Shown one piece after another: positions 1 to 12,399 of a stretch of DNA of 56,751 nucleotides. The first letter of the stretch is position 1. Every line of letters starts with the position of its first letter. A program made the translations under genes and the position numbers. The stretch is from Octopus bimaculoides (taxonomy: Eukaryota). A model generated the notes under the pieces. It was not told the origin of the DNA. It saw only the letters and a list, made by a program, of their open reading frames with translations, and did not search any database. The stretch lies in the NCBI RefSeq assembly GCF_001194135.2, contig NC_068987.1, positions 90,910,246-90,966,996 of the forward strand, written 5' to 3'.

Positions 1-312
1 GTGAAAATCGTGCTAGTGAAAAGATCAATGAGAGTAGGGGTAGGTGAAATTTCCAAGGCTTCTACCTCACCGCACTCCATTTTTCGGACCCTAAAAAGGG
101 TTTTGTAGCATATTAGGATGTCACAGGAATTCATTCTACGCAAAAAATCCGAGTTTTTTTCTTAGTGAAAATCGTGCGGGTGTTCCTCTGAAAAATTACC
201 AAATGTTTTTTTACCCCTTTTATTATCGGCGAGAACCATTTTTCGCTGTAAACTGCTGTGAAATTGCCTTTAATTGCTTAACGGCACCCCTACTATTTTA
301 TCTTACTGCCTT

Positions 313-326
313 GTTGCCATGGAAAC
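313..326. promoter_or_regulatory. RFX X-box motif GTTGCCATGGAAAC
   Basis: Matches the palindromic X-box consensus GTTNCCATGGNAAC. It lies in CpG-containing unique sequence, with an ETS-like CGGAAG (minus strand, 361-366) nearby. Function not shown. Confidence 0.45.
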
Positions 327-692
327 AGAGTTGCCACTTTCGGTATGTCGACAATGGAGGCTTCCGTTTGGCTAAAATTACATAATTTTAAATGTTTGTA
401 ACTTTTTTTTTTAATTATTTAAACAAACATTTCGAGAAGAATAAATATGATTTCCGCCACTTTGCAAGCAAAACTATACCAATGTAGAAAATATGAGAAT
501 AAACCTGGTGAAAAATTGAAATACTTCAAGCGGTTGGAAGGTTCCGAATATTTACTGCATACAGAATCTGATACTGTGAGTGACATTGTGTGGTGAGGTC
601 TGTTTGTTAATTGGTGTACGCAAGATAAATCGTTGGCCCGCCAACTCTTATTATAAATGGCAACGAGTAGTTTGACGACTTCGATCAACTAA

Positions 693-1417
693 CATCACCA
701 CTATATAACTACCACGTCTGCCGCCGCCACCACCGTTTTTTACTCTCATGACAAGCCTCAACTCTGCTGCTGCTGCTACTATTAGTATTAATATCACCAC
801 CACTACTAGTAATACTACTATCACCACTATCACCAACGCCACCCCCACCATAACCCCCATTGCTCCTGCCATTAGCTCCAGCGCCGCCGTGGTCTCCACC
901 CAATCACCACCACAACCAGCACCACCACCACCAGCAGCAGCAGCAGCACCGCCACCACCACCACCACCAGCAGCAGCAGCACCGCCACCGCCACCACCGT
1001 CGCCGCCGCCGCCGCCACCACTATTAGCGATACCAACAGCTACTTTTTGCTGCCGTCCAATAAAATAGCCGTTTACTGATCACATGACTGGATGGAGACC
1101 TCCACCCTTAAATCGAAAGGCAAAAAATATGAAGGGTTCCTTGAATATTGTTTGTGAGGGTTACGCTACGCCTGAAACACAAATATACAAAGGGAAGAAG
1201 GAATTGGCGAGATGGGGGCATGGCTAGAAAAGCTTTGACCATTGTTCTGTTCGATCAGACTTGTAAGTTAAACAGTAACATCCGTTACAATCTGTTATGA
1301 CAAACCGTCACCACCACCATCATCATCATCATCAACACTTTTTACAACTGCATACTACCACAACCACCACCACTATGTACCATTACTACTACTTCCACCC
1401 CCGCAACATCCGTCTCG

Positions 1418-1457
<40 letters not shown>

Positions 1458-1570
1458 AAGTTCTTACTATTACCACAAAACCACCATTAGTACTACACCA
1501 CCACTGCTACCACCATACTACCACTGCTACTATTCCATTACCACTGCTGTTACTACTACCTCCCTTACAC
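693..1570. repeat. Trinucleotide low-complexity tracts (CCA/GCA/CCG at 693-1022; CAT/CAC/ACT at 1309-1570)
   Basis: Direct reading of the sequence. Confidence 0.9.
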
Positions 1571-2037
1571 ACTATAAATAGTATTATCATGTTTCACTCG
1601 TATTGCCCCCCCCCCACTAACATCTACCTTATTATCTTGCTTCTAAAGCTTGCATTGAGTCACTTGCAGAACTGTTGTATTTTGTCCCTGCAACACTATT
1701 TCTAGGCATTCGGGGTAGCAGCAAGATAAGAAAGCGAGTGGGAAGGGTTCCACGTTAATTATAGAGTTTATTACTTTAGGTCATATAACACGTTTATATA
1801 TTTACCAACAGGGCTCCTTGAAATCATGCTTTATATCTGTTTGGATCTCCACAACATTGTTGAATTTTGTCAAATATTTCGATTGCGGTATCCGATTTCG
1901 CTGCATACATTTAAGTTCGTTAAGAGCGTTACACTCGAAAATATTGTCACAAACAGCTCTTATCTGTCTTTTTATCTCCAGACAATAAACTCCTGTTCCT
2001 CTCCTTAATGATATCTATTTTTTTATCTTTTACTTCT

Positions 2038-2386
2038 AGGAGTGGCTGTGTGGTAAGTAGTTTGCTTACGAACCACATGGTTCGGGGTTCAGTCCCACTG
2101 CGTGGCACCTTGGGCAAGTGTCTTCTACTAAAGCCTCGGGCCGACCAAAGCCTTGTAAGTGGATTTGGTAGACGGAAACTGAAAGAAGCCCGTCGTATAT
2201 ATATACATGTGTGTGTGTATATATTTGTGTGTCTGTGTTTGTCCCCCCAGCATCGCTTGACAACCGATGCTGGTGTGTTTACGTCCCCGTAACTTAGCGG
2301 TTCGGCAAAAGAGACTGATAGAATAAGAACTAGGCTTACAAAGAATAAGTCCTGCGGTCGATTTGCTCGACTAAAAGGTGGTGCTC
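2038..2386 (+). mobile_element. Family A tRNA-derived SINE (CORE-like body, internal TA/TG microsatellite, Nin-like second half); runs into a gap
   Basis: gagtggctgtgtggtaag...ggttcagtcccactgcgtggcaccttgggcaagtgtcttctact...gacggaaactgaaagaagcccgtcg(ta)n...ttagcggttcggcaaaagag. Many near-identical copies occur in the window. Confidence 0.9.
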
Positions 2387-3022
2387 NNNNNNNNNNNNNN
2401 NNNNNNNNNNNNNNNNNNNNNNNNNNNNNNNNNNNNNNNNNNNNNNNNNNNNNNNNNNNNNNNNNNNNNNNNNNNNNNNNNNNNNNNNNNNNNNNNNNNN
2501 NNNNNNNNNNNNNNNNNNNNNNNNNNNNNNNNNNNNNNNNNNNNNNNNNNNNNNNNNNNNNNNNNNNNNNNNNNNNNNNNNNNNNNNNNNNNNNNNNNNN
2601 NNNNNNNNNNNNNNNNNNNNNNNNNNNNNNNNNNNNNNNNNNNNNNNNNNNNNNNNNNNNNNNNNNNNNNNNNNNNNNNNNNNNNNNNNNNNNNNNNNNN
2701 NNNNNNNNNNNNNNNNNNNNNNNNNNNNNNNNNNNNNNNNNNNNNNNNNNNNNNNNNNNNNNNNNNNNNNNNNNNNNNNNNNNNNNNNNNNNNNNNNNNN
2801 NNNNNNNNNNNNNNNNNNNNNNNNNNNNNNNNNNNNNNNNNNNNNNNNNNNNNNNNNNNNNNNNNNNNNNNNNNNNNNNNNNNNNNNNNNNNNNNNNNNN
2901 NNNNNNNNNNNNNNNNNNNNNNNNNNNNNNNNNNNNNNNNNNNNNNNNNNNNNNNNNNNNNNNNNNNNNNNNNNNNNNNNNNNNNNNNNNNNNNNNNNNN
3001 NNNNNNNNNNNNNNNNNNNNNN

Positions 3023-4720
3023 GACACAGCCAGGTTAGTGACTTCTGGAAATTGACCATGAGACACGATCCGAAAGCCCTCCGGAATAGATCAGCTAACC
3101 GATTCTCGTCGACGTCCAAAGTCACTCCGAGAACGTCGTCCATCTTATTTCTTTATTGCCCACAAGGGGCTAAACATAGAGGGGACAAACAAGGACAGAC
3201 AAAGGGATTAAGTCAATTACATCGACCCCAGTGCGTAACTGGTACTTAATTTATCGACCCCGAAAGGATGAAAGGCAAAGTCGACCTTGGCGGAATTTGA
3301 ACTCAGAACGTAACGGCAGACGAAATACTGCTAAGCATTTCGCCCGGCGTGCTAACGTTTCTGCCAGCTCGCCGCCTTAAGATGAACGTCGTCCATCTTA
3401 CCTGCCATTGACCAGCACGTCAAAACAGAACTTCTACTGAGTGCATTGTCCGACTGGAGAGTGTTGAGAATACCTAATGACACTTTAGGTGCCAGAAACC
3501 TCGCCTCCCTCTATGCTTGATTCAGGATTATAGTTCAGTCAAAGAGATGACCTGTAGAAAAGTGAATCTGACAAACGGTAACCACACCTGCTCGCCGCCA
3601 AAGAAACGTTATCGATCTCGCGGCTTCAGCGAATGCTCAGTCCTCTCTGCTCAGTAGGTGTTGACAAGGAGAGTCTGACCAGTGGAACGCGTCCCTTCCA
3701 AAGAAAGCGGAAGAACAGGCGTTCCTGGTCAGTAAGACATGAAGTGGGGCAAGGCGCGATGGTCAGGCGGTAATATATGACAAAGATCTTGTAAGTATTC
3801 GCTACCTCTACACAACCATGCAAGGATAGCTTTCTCTCGGTTAATTTCTGGGTGAGGTTGACCACTCTGTTCGTCACCTTGTCCCAGTTTTTGTCCACTT
3901 AAGATCTGTACCGAACCAGACCCCAGTTTAATCAATCTGTACATCTCACACCACCAGACGTTTTTGGATGGTGTGGACTTGTCTCTCCATGTGCCGAACT
4001 ATAGGCCCACTGACTTTTCTTTGTTGATTTTTACTCTTGTCACTGCCTCGTAGTACCTTAGAATAGTGCCGATCACCTCTATGAGCTTAGTGTCCGACAC
4101 TATGATGGTGGCGTCGTCCGTGTATGGCGACCCGGTTCTTTTACGTCCTAGTTGGCTCTAAATGCCCCGCAACATCTCCAGTTTCTGCAGTAGTGGATCA
4201 ATAATCAATATGTCCAGAAGGGACAAGAGAGTACAATCTTGACGGATCGAGCGTTTGATACTGCTTAGTTTATGTAGGTGACCATTCACCCGAACCATTG
4301 AACAGCAGTGCAACAATCCATCCGTGGAAACCGACTGCAGTGCGAATAGCCGCCAAGTATTAGTGGTCAACCCTATTGAAAGCTTTTGATTTGTCTAAAT
4401 TAATCAGGATCTCACCGATACCAGGTTCTTTACCACCGTCTCTTTGATGTATCGCATGTGGTGCAGGTTTTCGTGAATAGATCTGTTCAGGATGGGGCAT
4501 TCTTGCTCATCACCAATTAGACTATCGACAGGTGCAAACCTCTTTGGCTAAAATTTTGAAATCCTGCGATCGAAAATTATCAACCCGATCATTGATTGGG
4601 TCCCTTCTCAACATCGCTTAGGCTCCTCGGCTCTCAAAACTGGGAATTCCTCTGTTCTGCTGTCAGTTGTGGTAAATATCTGCCAAGAGGTCTCCAAAGA
4701 AGTCTGGCATATAAAAGTAA
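3023..4720 (-). mobile_element. Decayed L1/Tx1-clade LINE, ORF2 reverse transcriptase and C-terminal region, interrupted by a SINE
   Basis: Minus-strand frames give LINLDKSKAFNRVDH, VRVNGHLHKLSSIKRSIRQDCTLLSLL, PYTDDATIIVSD (YADD-like), FFRFLWKGRVPLV and KMDDVLGVTLDVDE, with frameshifts and stops. Confidence 0.88.
3148..3383 (-). mobile_element. Nin/Deu-domain tRNA-derived SINE (family B), full length with perfect 17-bp TSD
   Basis: Carries the GCCTTTCATCCTTTCGGGGTCGATAAATTAAGTACCAG (Deu/Nin-type) domain on the minus strand. Flanked by GAACGTCGTCCATCTTA at 3131-3147 and 3384-3400, inside the L1 remnant. Confidence 0.9.
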
Positions 4721-5152
4721 AGCTTTTAGAACACCTTAATCAGGCGATTATCCGTCTGTACCCAAGAAAAACCCAATAGTTTTGAAGGGAGGAGTTAGTT
4801 GATAGCATCGGTTCCAGCACTTGAATGTTATTTTATTTTATCGACCCCGAAATGTTTATAAGCAAAGCTAACCTTGGTGGGATTTGAACACAGAACATAG
4901 AGTCGTTAGAAATACCCCAAGATCTGTCCAACGCTCTAACGATTCATCCAATAGTTTTCTCTGGTTTCCTCCTTGGCATGAAAAAAACCCAGTGAAGCAT
5001 ATATAGAGGTACTTAATTGTCAATCGCTGCAGTGTGAGGTCCTCATCTCATTCAACGTTTACCGTTTCATTGCTCCATATTGAAGACATACAAGAAATCG
5101 AACTTGGGTTGTCCTGTGTGAAATATTGGTCTTGACCTGTGGGGGAGATATT

Positions 5153-5285
5153 CTTTTCTACTCTAGGCACAAGGCCCAAACTATTTGGGCAAGGGGGCCA
5201 GTCGATTAGATCGACCTCAGTACACAACTGGTACTTAATTTATCGACCCCGAAAGGATGAAAGGCAAAGTCGAGCTCGGCTGAAT
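5153..5285 (-). mobile_element. 5'-truncated family B SINE with ~19-21 bp TSD
   Basis: Nin domain present. Flanked by ttgacctgtggg(gg)agatatt at 5132-5152 and 5286-5304. Confidence 0.8.
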
Positions 5286-5339
5286 TTGACCTGTGGGAGA
5301 TATTAAATAACAAATGAATCACCTGTCACATCTATCATT

Positions 5340-5700
5340 TGCTTGTTCCAGGGTCTGGACTACGGTCATGCTGGGGCATCGCCTTCAAAGGTTAAGTTGA
5401 ACGAATCGATCTCAGTGCATATTTTCTTAAGTCTGGTACTTATTCTATCGGTCTCTTTTGTCGAACATTTAAGTTACAAGGACGTAAACAAACCAGCATT
5501 AGTTGTTAAGCGGTGGACAAACACAAAAACACACATACAACAAGCTTCCACACAGTTTCCATCTAAAAAAATTCACACACAAGTTACTGATCAACGTAGG
5601 GCTATAGCAGAAGATACATGGCTAAGGTGCTGTGCAGTGGGACTGAACCTGAAACCATTTGGTTACAAATCGAGCTTCTTAACAGCCAAGCCTCCGCCAA
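5340..5700 (-). mobile_element. Old family A SINE
   Basis: Reverse complement of both halves of the 2038 copy, diverged. Confidence 0.75.
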
Positions 5701-6658
5701 AAGATAACTTAAGAAAAAAAAAATACAACTCCGAAATAATTTCGAGGTTTACCTCGTTTACACGAAAAATGGATGAACCAATAACGAAGTTTATGTATTT
5801 ATAGTTCTTCCATACATCATACTATGATGCACCTGGACATTATACATACGTGTGGATGCATTGAATACCATACATGTTTTCTGTATGTTATTTTTTACAC
5901 AAACAAACGTGTGTGTATGTGGAGGAGGGCATGCAATTATTTAGGCTTTCTTCTTATTTCTCCCCTAACTCATTTCTACATTATTCCCAACAATTATTAG
6001 TTTTTCCTCTTCTCCTTCCATCAATCTCTAACACTAACGTCTACCCCCATCTTCATCACCATCACTTATTATTATTATTATTACATTGTCTTTCAATCCA
6101 ACACTATATAGCTTCCTGCCTCCTTTCCTCTTCAACTTAGAAATATGAATAAATAAATAAATAAATAAACAAATGCGCGAAACCCCCATTCAGAAAGTGT
6201 GTGTGTGTGTGTGTTGTCAAGTTGAGAAGGTAGAAGGAACATGAAACAGAGAGGGAAAAGAAGAGGAGGAGGAGTGCCAATCATAAAAAAAAAAAGAAAC
6301 CGACTGTAAAATACGCAATAAAAACAATACAGTAATAAACAACAAATGGCAGAAATAGTTTTGTAAACTGGGTTACAAATGGATTGGTGTAAAGTAATAT
6401 GTGTGTGTGTACAAACATCCACACATAATATATATATATATATATACACACAAACATTGTGTGTGTACGTGTATATATATATATATGTATACAATACTGC
6501 ATATATTCACATGAATATAATAGCGTATGTGCATGTATGTGTAAATACATGTAAATATATATTTATTCATGTTTGTATGTATATATGCGTGTGTACATAT
6601 CTATCTACTTATTGTTGATTTGATGGCTTATGTAATATATATATATATATATACTGTA

Positions 6659-6689
<31 letters not shown>

Positions 6690-8139
6690 AGTACATATAT
6701 ACACACACACACGCACCTATATAGCTGAATGGTGTAGGCAGGTGTGTTTTTTTCAATTCTTCCTCACACGTTCTTTGTATAAACGATCTTTTGTTTTCCC
6801 TCCTTTTTACACATTTCTTTTCTATTTATACTCTTCGATCGATTATTGAATAAACTCTGAATTATTACGAACCAACGAGGGAGCCTGTACGCGGGTACTC
6901 GGCCAGCTAGAAATAGCAACCGAATCTTCCTCAAATCGTACCTTACAGAGTTTGAAAAGACGGAATGTTTACAAGTTGAATACCTTTAATCTTAGGTGTA
7001 CTCAGGTCCGGTGATATAGCAAGGGTGTTAAGCATCGCGAACGAAAAGACATTTTTGATTGTGTATCCACCTTAATAAAATTATTAGCAGGTTTGGGTAA
7101 AATTCCGAGTAGCATACTTTTCGGCTCTTTACGTTCTGAGTTCAAATCTCGTTAAGGTCGACTTCGTCTTTCGTTCATTAGGGGTTGAGCACTAGGATCG
7201 ATGGAATTCTCCCGCCAAATTCCAGGTCTTGCATCTACATTAGAAAGAATTATAAGTTAAGCTACTGTAAATTTTATGACTCTTCACATTCATGACCCAG
7301 GGATAGCTGTCTTCACTTCTCTTGCTACACCTCTCTTCAGAGCTGTCCCAATGCTGATCAATAAAAGCTAATTAGGGGTAAAATATCAATTAACTACGAT
7401 GAACAAATTTGAATCACCGAAGCAACATGGGTGCCACTACACCTAATTAAAAATAGCAGTTACATCTCTCAAACTACATCTGAACATCTTAAAAGAGAAA
7501 AGGTCATGGGATGATATGGCAGGTTCTTGACGCACACTCACTGCATCGGAATAAGGGGTACTGGTCATAAGTAGAACACTTTTGATAAGTTTGCTCAGTC
7601 AACACTGACTTAACTGCTCTGACCCACACTGAAAGGCGTGCTCGCTAATTAGTCCCAACAATAGGCCGATGCCATCGCCATCATCATGCGAAGACCATAA
7701 CGAGATGAACACGTTCCCAGTAGACCAAGCATTTGATCTGACTTCGATTCGCAACACTATGGTGTGAATGGAGGACGTTATCAATGAAAAAAAAAACAAA
7801 ACAAACAAGAAAAACAGAAATACTATCTCCATTCACACCAACACCATCTCAATAATATTCGTCTTTTCTACTGTCACAAGATCCTTAAAAGGTACTCATC
7901 TTGCAGACCCTACAAGTGGGGAAGTAGACAGCATACTTCACCCATTTCCAGAAAATTTTGAATTTAGAATGAAGACATAGGGTCAAGTATTGGACGGGGG
8001 CCACGTTTTAACCGGTATCTGGTACTTTATTTATATTTTTTCCTTCTCCCCCACTTTTTTGTTTTTTTTCTTCTTGTTTTTCATTTGTAAAATATATTCC
8101 TGTTCATATTTTGAATAATAATAAAAAAAATCTTTATTT

Positions 8140-8800
8140 TACTGATTTCGGAAAGATGGATGAAAGGCAAAGTTGACAACGTGCGGAGTTAGTGTAAAGA
8201 GTTGGAACAATCACCGATAGACAATTTGTTCGACGCTCTAAAGATTTTGTCAATTCATCGCCCTGAGAAGTAAAAGTAATTCTTTCTAATTGTGAGGGGA
8301 GGGGGAAATCGATCACATCGACCCTAGTACTTGACTGGAATTTATCGAACCCGAAAGGATGAAATGCAAGGTTGACTTCGGCGGTATTTGAACCCCGAAT
8401 TTAAAAAGCCGAAAGAAATGTTGCTAAGCAATTTGTCCGATGCGCTAACGATTAATAACCATTTCTACTATAGGTACAAGGCCTGAAATTTTTTTAGGAG
8501 CGGGTGCAAGTCGATTATATCGACCCCAGTACTCATTTTATCGATCCCAAAGGATGAAAGACAAAGTCTTCCTCGGCGGAATTTGAACTCGAAACGTAAA
8601 GAGTCGAAAGAAATGTCGTTAAGCATTTTGTTGGGCGCGCTAACAACTAATAATAGTAATGATTTCTTAAAGTTGAAATTATTTTGGACGAGTCTAGTCG
8701 ATTATTATTGACTGGAGCTTTATTTTATCGAATTCGGTCTCATCCTTGGCGGGATTTGAAGTCAGAATGTAAATACTACAAAACATATTCACCGATTCAG
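8140..8800 (-). mobile_element. Cluster of about four decayed family B (Nin-domain) SINEs
   Basis: Repeated gaaaggatgaaa.gcaaagt.gac...ggcgg.atttgaac units, all on the minus strand. Confidence 0.75.
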
Positions 8801-9470
8801 CATCACCATCAATATATATGCATTTTTCTTCTTTGCCACAAGAGTTAATTATAAAAGATGACTTTAACAGGACAGTGTCTCGGAATGAATTTCTTTCGGT
8901 ATTTAGTTTTATCCTTCTATTATTAAAGTTCCAATCTCTACACACTCGGTATTACCCTTCTCCAGTCACTATTCTATGCCAGGTTTAAATAAATCAACTT
9001 TCATCAGAGTATATATCCTTCCTAACTAGAACTATTGGGTCACAATTTTAACAATATAATATCCTGGTTTTAATTTTTTTTGTTAATTTTCTTTTTCACA
9101 AAAGAATTGTAACTCATTTTTACAGTGAATGTCTATTAATTTCTGAAAACTGCATTCTCTCACAGTTTGTCATTTATAAAATATTTTAGTTAAACGAAAA
9201 ACAAAAACGGATATCCTTGTGAAAAATTCAACTTAAAAAAATAAAATAAACTGTATAAAAGCTTACACTTTTAACTTGTTGAATAATCTATAACAGTCTA
9301 AGATAATGAAGAAACCCAATTAATGATTAATTAATAACTGTAGCACACAGCTCTACCGCGACTTTGGACGATTCCATTTATGACATTAACGCTTCTTTTA
9401 GTTGTGTATATGTATGTGTGTGTGTGAAGGGTTTTTCAGTGTCTATGATGTGTCTCTTCGCTGCTCATTT

Positions 9471-9748
9471 ATTATTAACAGAACCCCCACCCGTTTCTGT
9501 TCTTTGCAGAATCTGACTGACTTGTTGGTGTTGCCGCTGCTGCTGCTATATTTTCGCTTACTCCTTCGTTTTTACCTTGTTTTGAAGAGGTTTGTTTGGT
9601 TCATATTTTCCACCTCATTTTGCGGTGTTTAAAAATATTCATTTCTACGCAAACATTCCCGCTAACCGCTTAATTTAATTTACGAAAAAAAGACCCAAGG
9701 AACGAATTCCTCAGACACCTTCATAAACACAACAGAAATAGTAGCATA
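9471..9748 (+). other. Probable splice acceptor (AG at 9508-9509) and ATG-free 5' UTR part of the METTL7-like exon
   Basis: Branch-like attattaac, pyrimidine tract cccccacccgtttctgttctttgCAG, then 239 nt with no ATG before the start codon at 9749. Confidence 0.45.
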
Positions 9749-10264
9749 ATGGCTGAGCAATATGATTTAGTAATTGAATTCCTTTCGGACAACTGGCCGC
9801 ACATCACCATGGTGTTGGCTCTGATGCTGGTCGTCTATTTATTCGTTTTCAAGCGAATCCACTGCTACTTGCCTTATATAACACGCAAGACCATCCACGG
9901 ATCATTAAATTCGGAAATGACATTTCAGATGTCGAGGCTTTTCCATCCTTTGAAAGTGGAACAATTAAAATTAGATCGACCCCTGGAAATCTTGGACCTT
10001 AGTGGTGCCAGCAGCCGGATCGATTATTTCCCCACGGACTGTCACGTAACCAGCATGGATTCGAATCCATTCATCAGGGCATATATGGAAACCAAAGGAG
10101 TGGAATGCAAACAGGCAGTTTTCAAAGAATTTATCGAAGCCTCAATCGATAATCTTGAAGATTTGGAATCCGAAAGTTTCGATTCTGTCGTATCATTTCA
10201 GACTCTCTGTTCAGTTGGCGAACCCGAAATTGTTTTGCAAGAAATCCTACGAATTCTTCGACCT
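9749..10264 (+). CDS. METTL7A: METTL7A/B (TMT1)-like class I SAM-dependent methyltransferase, coding exon 1 (172 codons; 3' partial)
   Basis: ATG at 9749. N-terminal hydrophobic anchor (WPHITMVLALMLVVYLFVF), then LPY..., ILDLSGASSRIDYFP, CHVTSMDSNP, SFDSVVSFQTLCSV, VLQEILRILRP, colinear with METTL7A as recalled (FPY, LLEVGCGTGANFKFYP, CRVTCIDPNP, SVDVVVCTLVLCSV, ILREVCRVLRP). The frame ends exactly at CCT|GTAAGT (10265), the phase-0 intron position I recall for vertebrate METTL7. The ORF-track extension to 10420 is intron read-through. A/B orthology cannot be resolved by eye. Confidence 0.88.
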
Positions 10265-11642
10265 GTAAGTATATTATTCAACTTCTGTGGCCTTATTTAT
10301 TTCAAATCTTTACTGTCATATATTTTAGTTATTTTTTATTTAAATCGCTTACAAATTTATAAAATAAGGGATTTAAAATATTCACTAAATTTTAGATTAT
10401 CGGCAGTTATATACATTTAATGTTTTTTGCTCGTTCTTTATTTGGTTGTAAACGATAGTGTCTTAATGCAGCGGTTTCGACATGCTAGAAATAGCAGTCA
10501 GATTTTCGCATCACCTTATGGTTTAAAAACAAACAAAAGGGGTGATACCTTGCCTAATTTAGTCCTAGATACTGTAAGTGAAAAAGAAAAAATGGTTGGT
10601 CATATGTGGAATTCCTATATTTAAAGGGCTAGCTTATACATATACACCAAATATATTCGTTTCGTTTTACTCTACAGTCTTCTTCACTGAGAAATATTCT
10701 TTAAACGAATTAGTTTTTTTAGAAAAAGCATTTAGAAAATGCTTTTCCCGCTTCACTTTTAACCAATGAGGAATTCGTTGAGTGATAGAATAGTAGTAAT
10801 TGTTTTAACACCAGGTCAACCTAAATCAGGGCAGAAGGAATTCAACACGTGACCATCCCTCTTTTTATTTAGTCAATGTATCTAGTATTACTAAATCCAG
10901 TGCGGCCGTCTTTTAAAATGGTAACGAAGTAATTTGAACGATATTCCTTTACTATTTCTAGCAGGTCAAGTGACCACATGGAGGCTTCCTCTTGAGGAGC
11001 GAGATCGTAATTATAGTATCAGAGGAACAACTACGAAAAGTTGTCGTTCAGTGCTGCTAAATGTTACTCCAATGAGGAATCAGTTCTCTAAATACAAATT
11101 CTAAAGAGTGCTGTAGCAGCAGCAGCAGCTGTAGATATCAACCATAAAAGTTAGCAACTCCCGTCGAGTGTTCACAGATGTCAGTTCTTCCTTTTTTTTT
11201 TGTTCAGCGGCATCTTCATCCTCCGTATCGTTTGTGTTCAGGGATTTCAATATAATTGATTACCTCTCTACCTTAGAATAAAAGAAAATATCTGTATTCG
11301 AAACTGATGTTATATAAATCTCTCTTTTACGTACATTGCGCCATCGTGTATACACACACACACACATACACTTCCTTATACGACTAGATATGTTTTTCTC
11401 CTCTTCTAACTTATCTAAAGGACTCCTGATTCCTTAGTATATATATATAAACGCTTCATCCAAGTGTAAATTTCGTATTTGATTCTCTGAAGAATTCCTA
11501 ATAGGTGATATCCCACATATTTTCTACTCCATGTACAATTTTGTAACTCCTGTTAGCAAATGAAACGCATGTAATGCTGAATAAATAAGACAAAAAATGT
11601 ACCAGTCTCCTGTTACAAGACACACACACACACACACACTGT

Positions 11643-11688
<46 letters not shown>

Positions 11689-11897
11689 TTGAAAAGATTT
11701 GTAAATGTACCACACGAGTAATATATATATATATATATCGTCAGTGGATCATATATCCGAAAAAGAAGCATACTCCAAAAGTAGAGGAAGTTAATTATAT
11801 GGCCGGCCATAGAGTGACCAATGGTTTGTTTCACATGCATAAAGCAACTTAGCCTCATAGACAACTCCTCACTTATTCTGTCACTTTTGATAAGACT

Positions 11898-12229
11898 GAG
11901 ACCCCCTTCGGTCATGACTGACCATGGGATTGCACCTACAAATTTACCCTCCCAGGTACAAGTCCGAGCAAGGTGGTTTATGGAAGGCCAGCAGTCGCCC
12001 ATGCATACCAGCCTCCCCTCTCCATGCCACTGATGTTATCCAAGGGAAAGGCAAAGGCCAATACAACTTGGCACCTGTGACGTCGCAACTCATTTCTGCA
12101 GCTGAGTGAATTGGAGCAACGTAAAATAAAGTGTCTTGCTCAAGAACACAGCATGCAGCCCAGTCCGGGATTCGAACTCACAACCTCACGATCGTAAGCT
12201 CGAAGCTCTAACCACTGAGCCATGTGCCT
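11898..12229 (-). mobile_element. tRNA-derived SINE (Meta-domain-like, family D) with 16-17 bp TSD
   Basis: Minus-strand Pol III A-box TGGCTCAGTGG (12212-12222) and B-box GTTCGAATCCC (12167-12177), then cttgagcaagacacttt...cactcagctgcagaaatgagt. Flanks are tcacttttgataagact (11881-11897) and tcactttgataagact (12230-12245). Confidence 0.88.
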
Positions 12230-12399
12230 TCACTTTGATAAGACTATAATATTGTTTATACCACATGATGATGATGACATAAAACTGCTTACAGAAAGAG
12301 AAAGTAATGTATAATTTTTTCTATGTTCATAATTTTTTGTTTATAATATTGAAAGATGACTTCAAACTAAAGATGTAATCTCTTCAGTAACAACTATAA

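Noticed and set aside
1-200. Repeated GTGAAAATCGTGC motif (1-13 and 166-178)
   Set aside because: Probably the subterminal repeats of a truncated element at the window edge; too little context to classify.
651-1581. Pro/Ala/Thr/His-rich ORFs on both strands
   Set aside because: Trinucleotide microsatellites are open in several frames on both strands; no domain or splice support.
1947-3143. Long ORFs containing X runs (also 16422-17561, 36249-37332, 42961-44232, 45878-46840, 47891-48532, 53203-54117)
   Set aside because: Their length comes from N gaps; the flanks are TE or microsatellite sequence.
7599-7980. Exon-like segments with a strong minus-strand acceptor at 7757 (also 5064-5137 and 1808-1950 on the minus strand)
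   Set aside because: Several frames are open, phases could not be chained and no protein family was recognised.
10265-10420. C-terminal 51 aa of the 223-aa ORF in the track
   Set aside because: Read-through into an AT-rich intron after the GTAAGT donor; no METTL7 similarity.
12155-12229. tRNA-like sequence (also the heads of family A and B copies)
   Set aside because: A and B boxes are present, but they are SINE heads with a body, tail and TSD, and lack a clean cloverleaf. At most pseudo-tRNAs.
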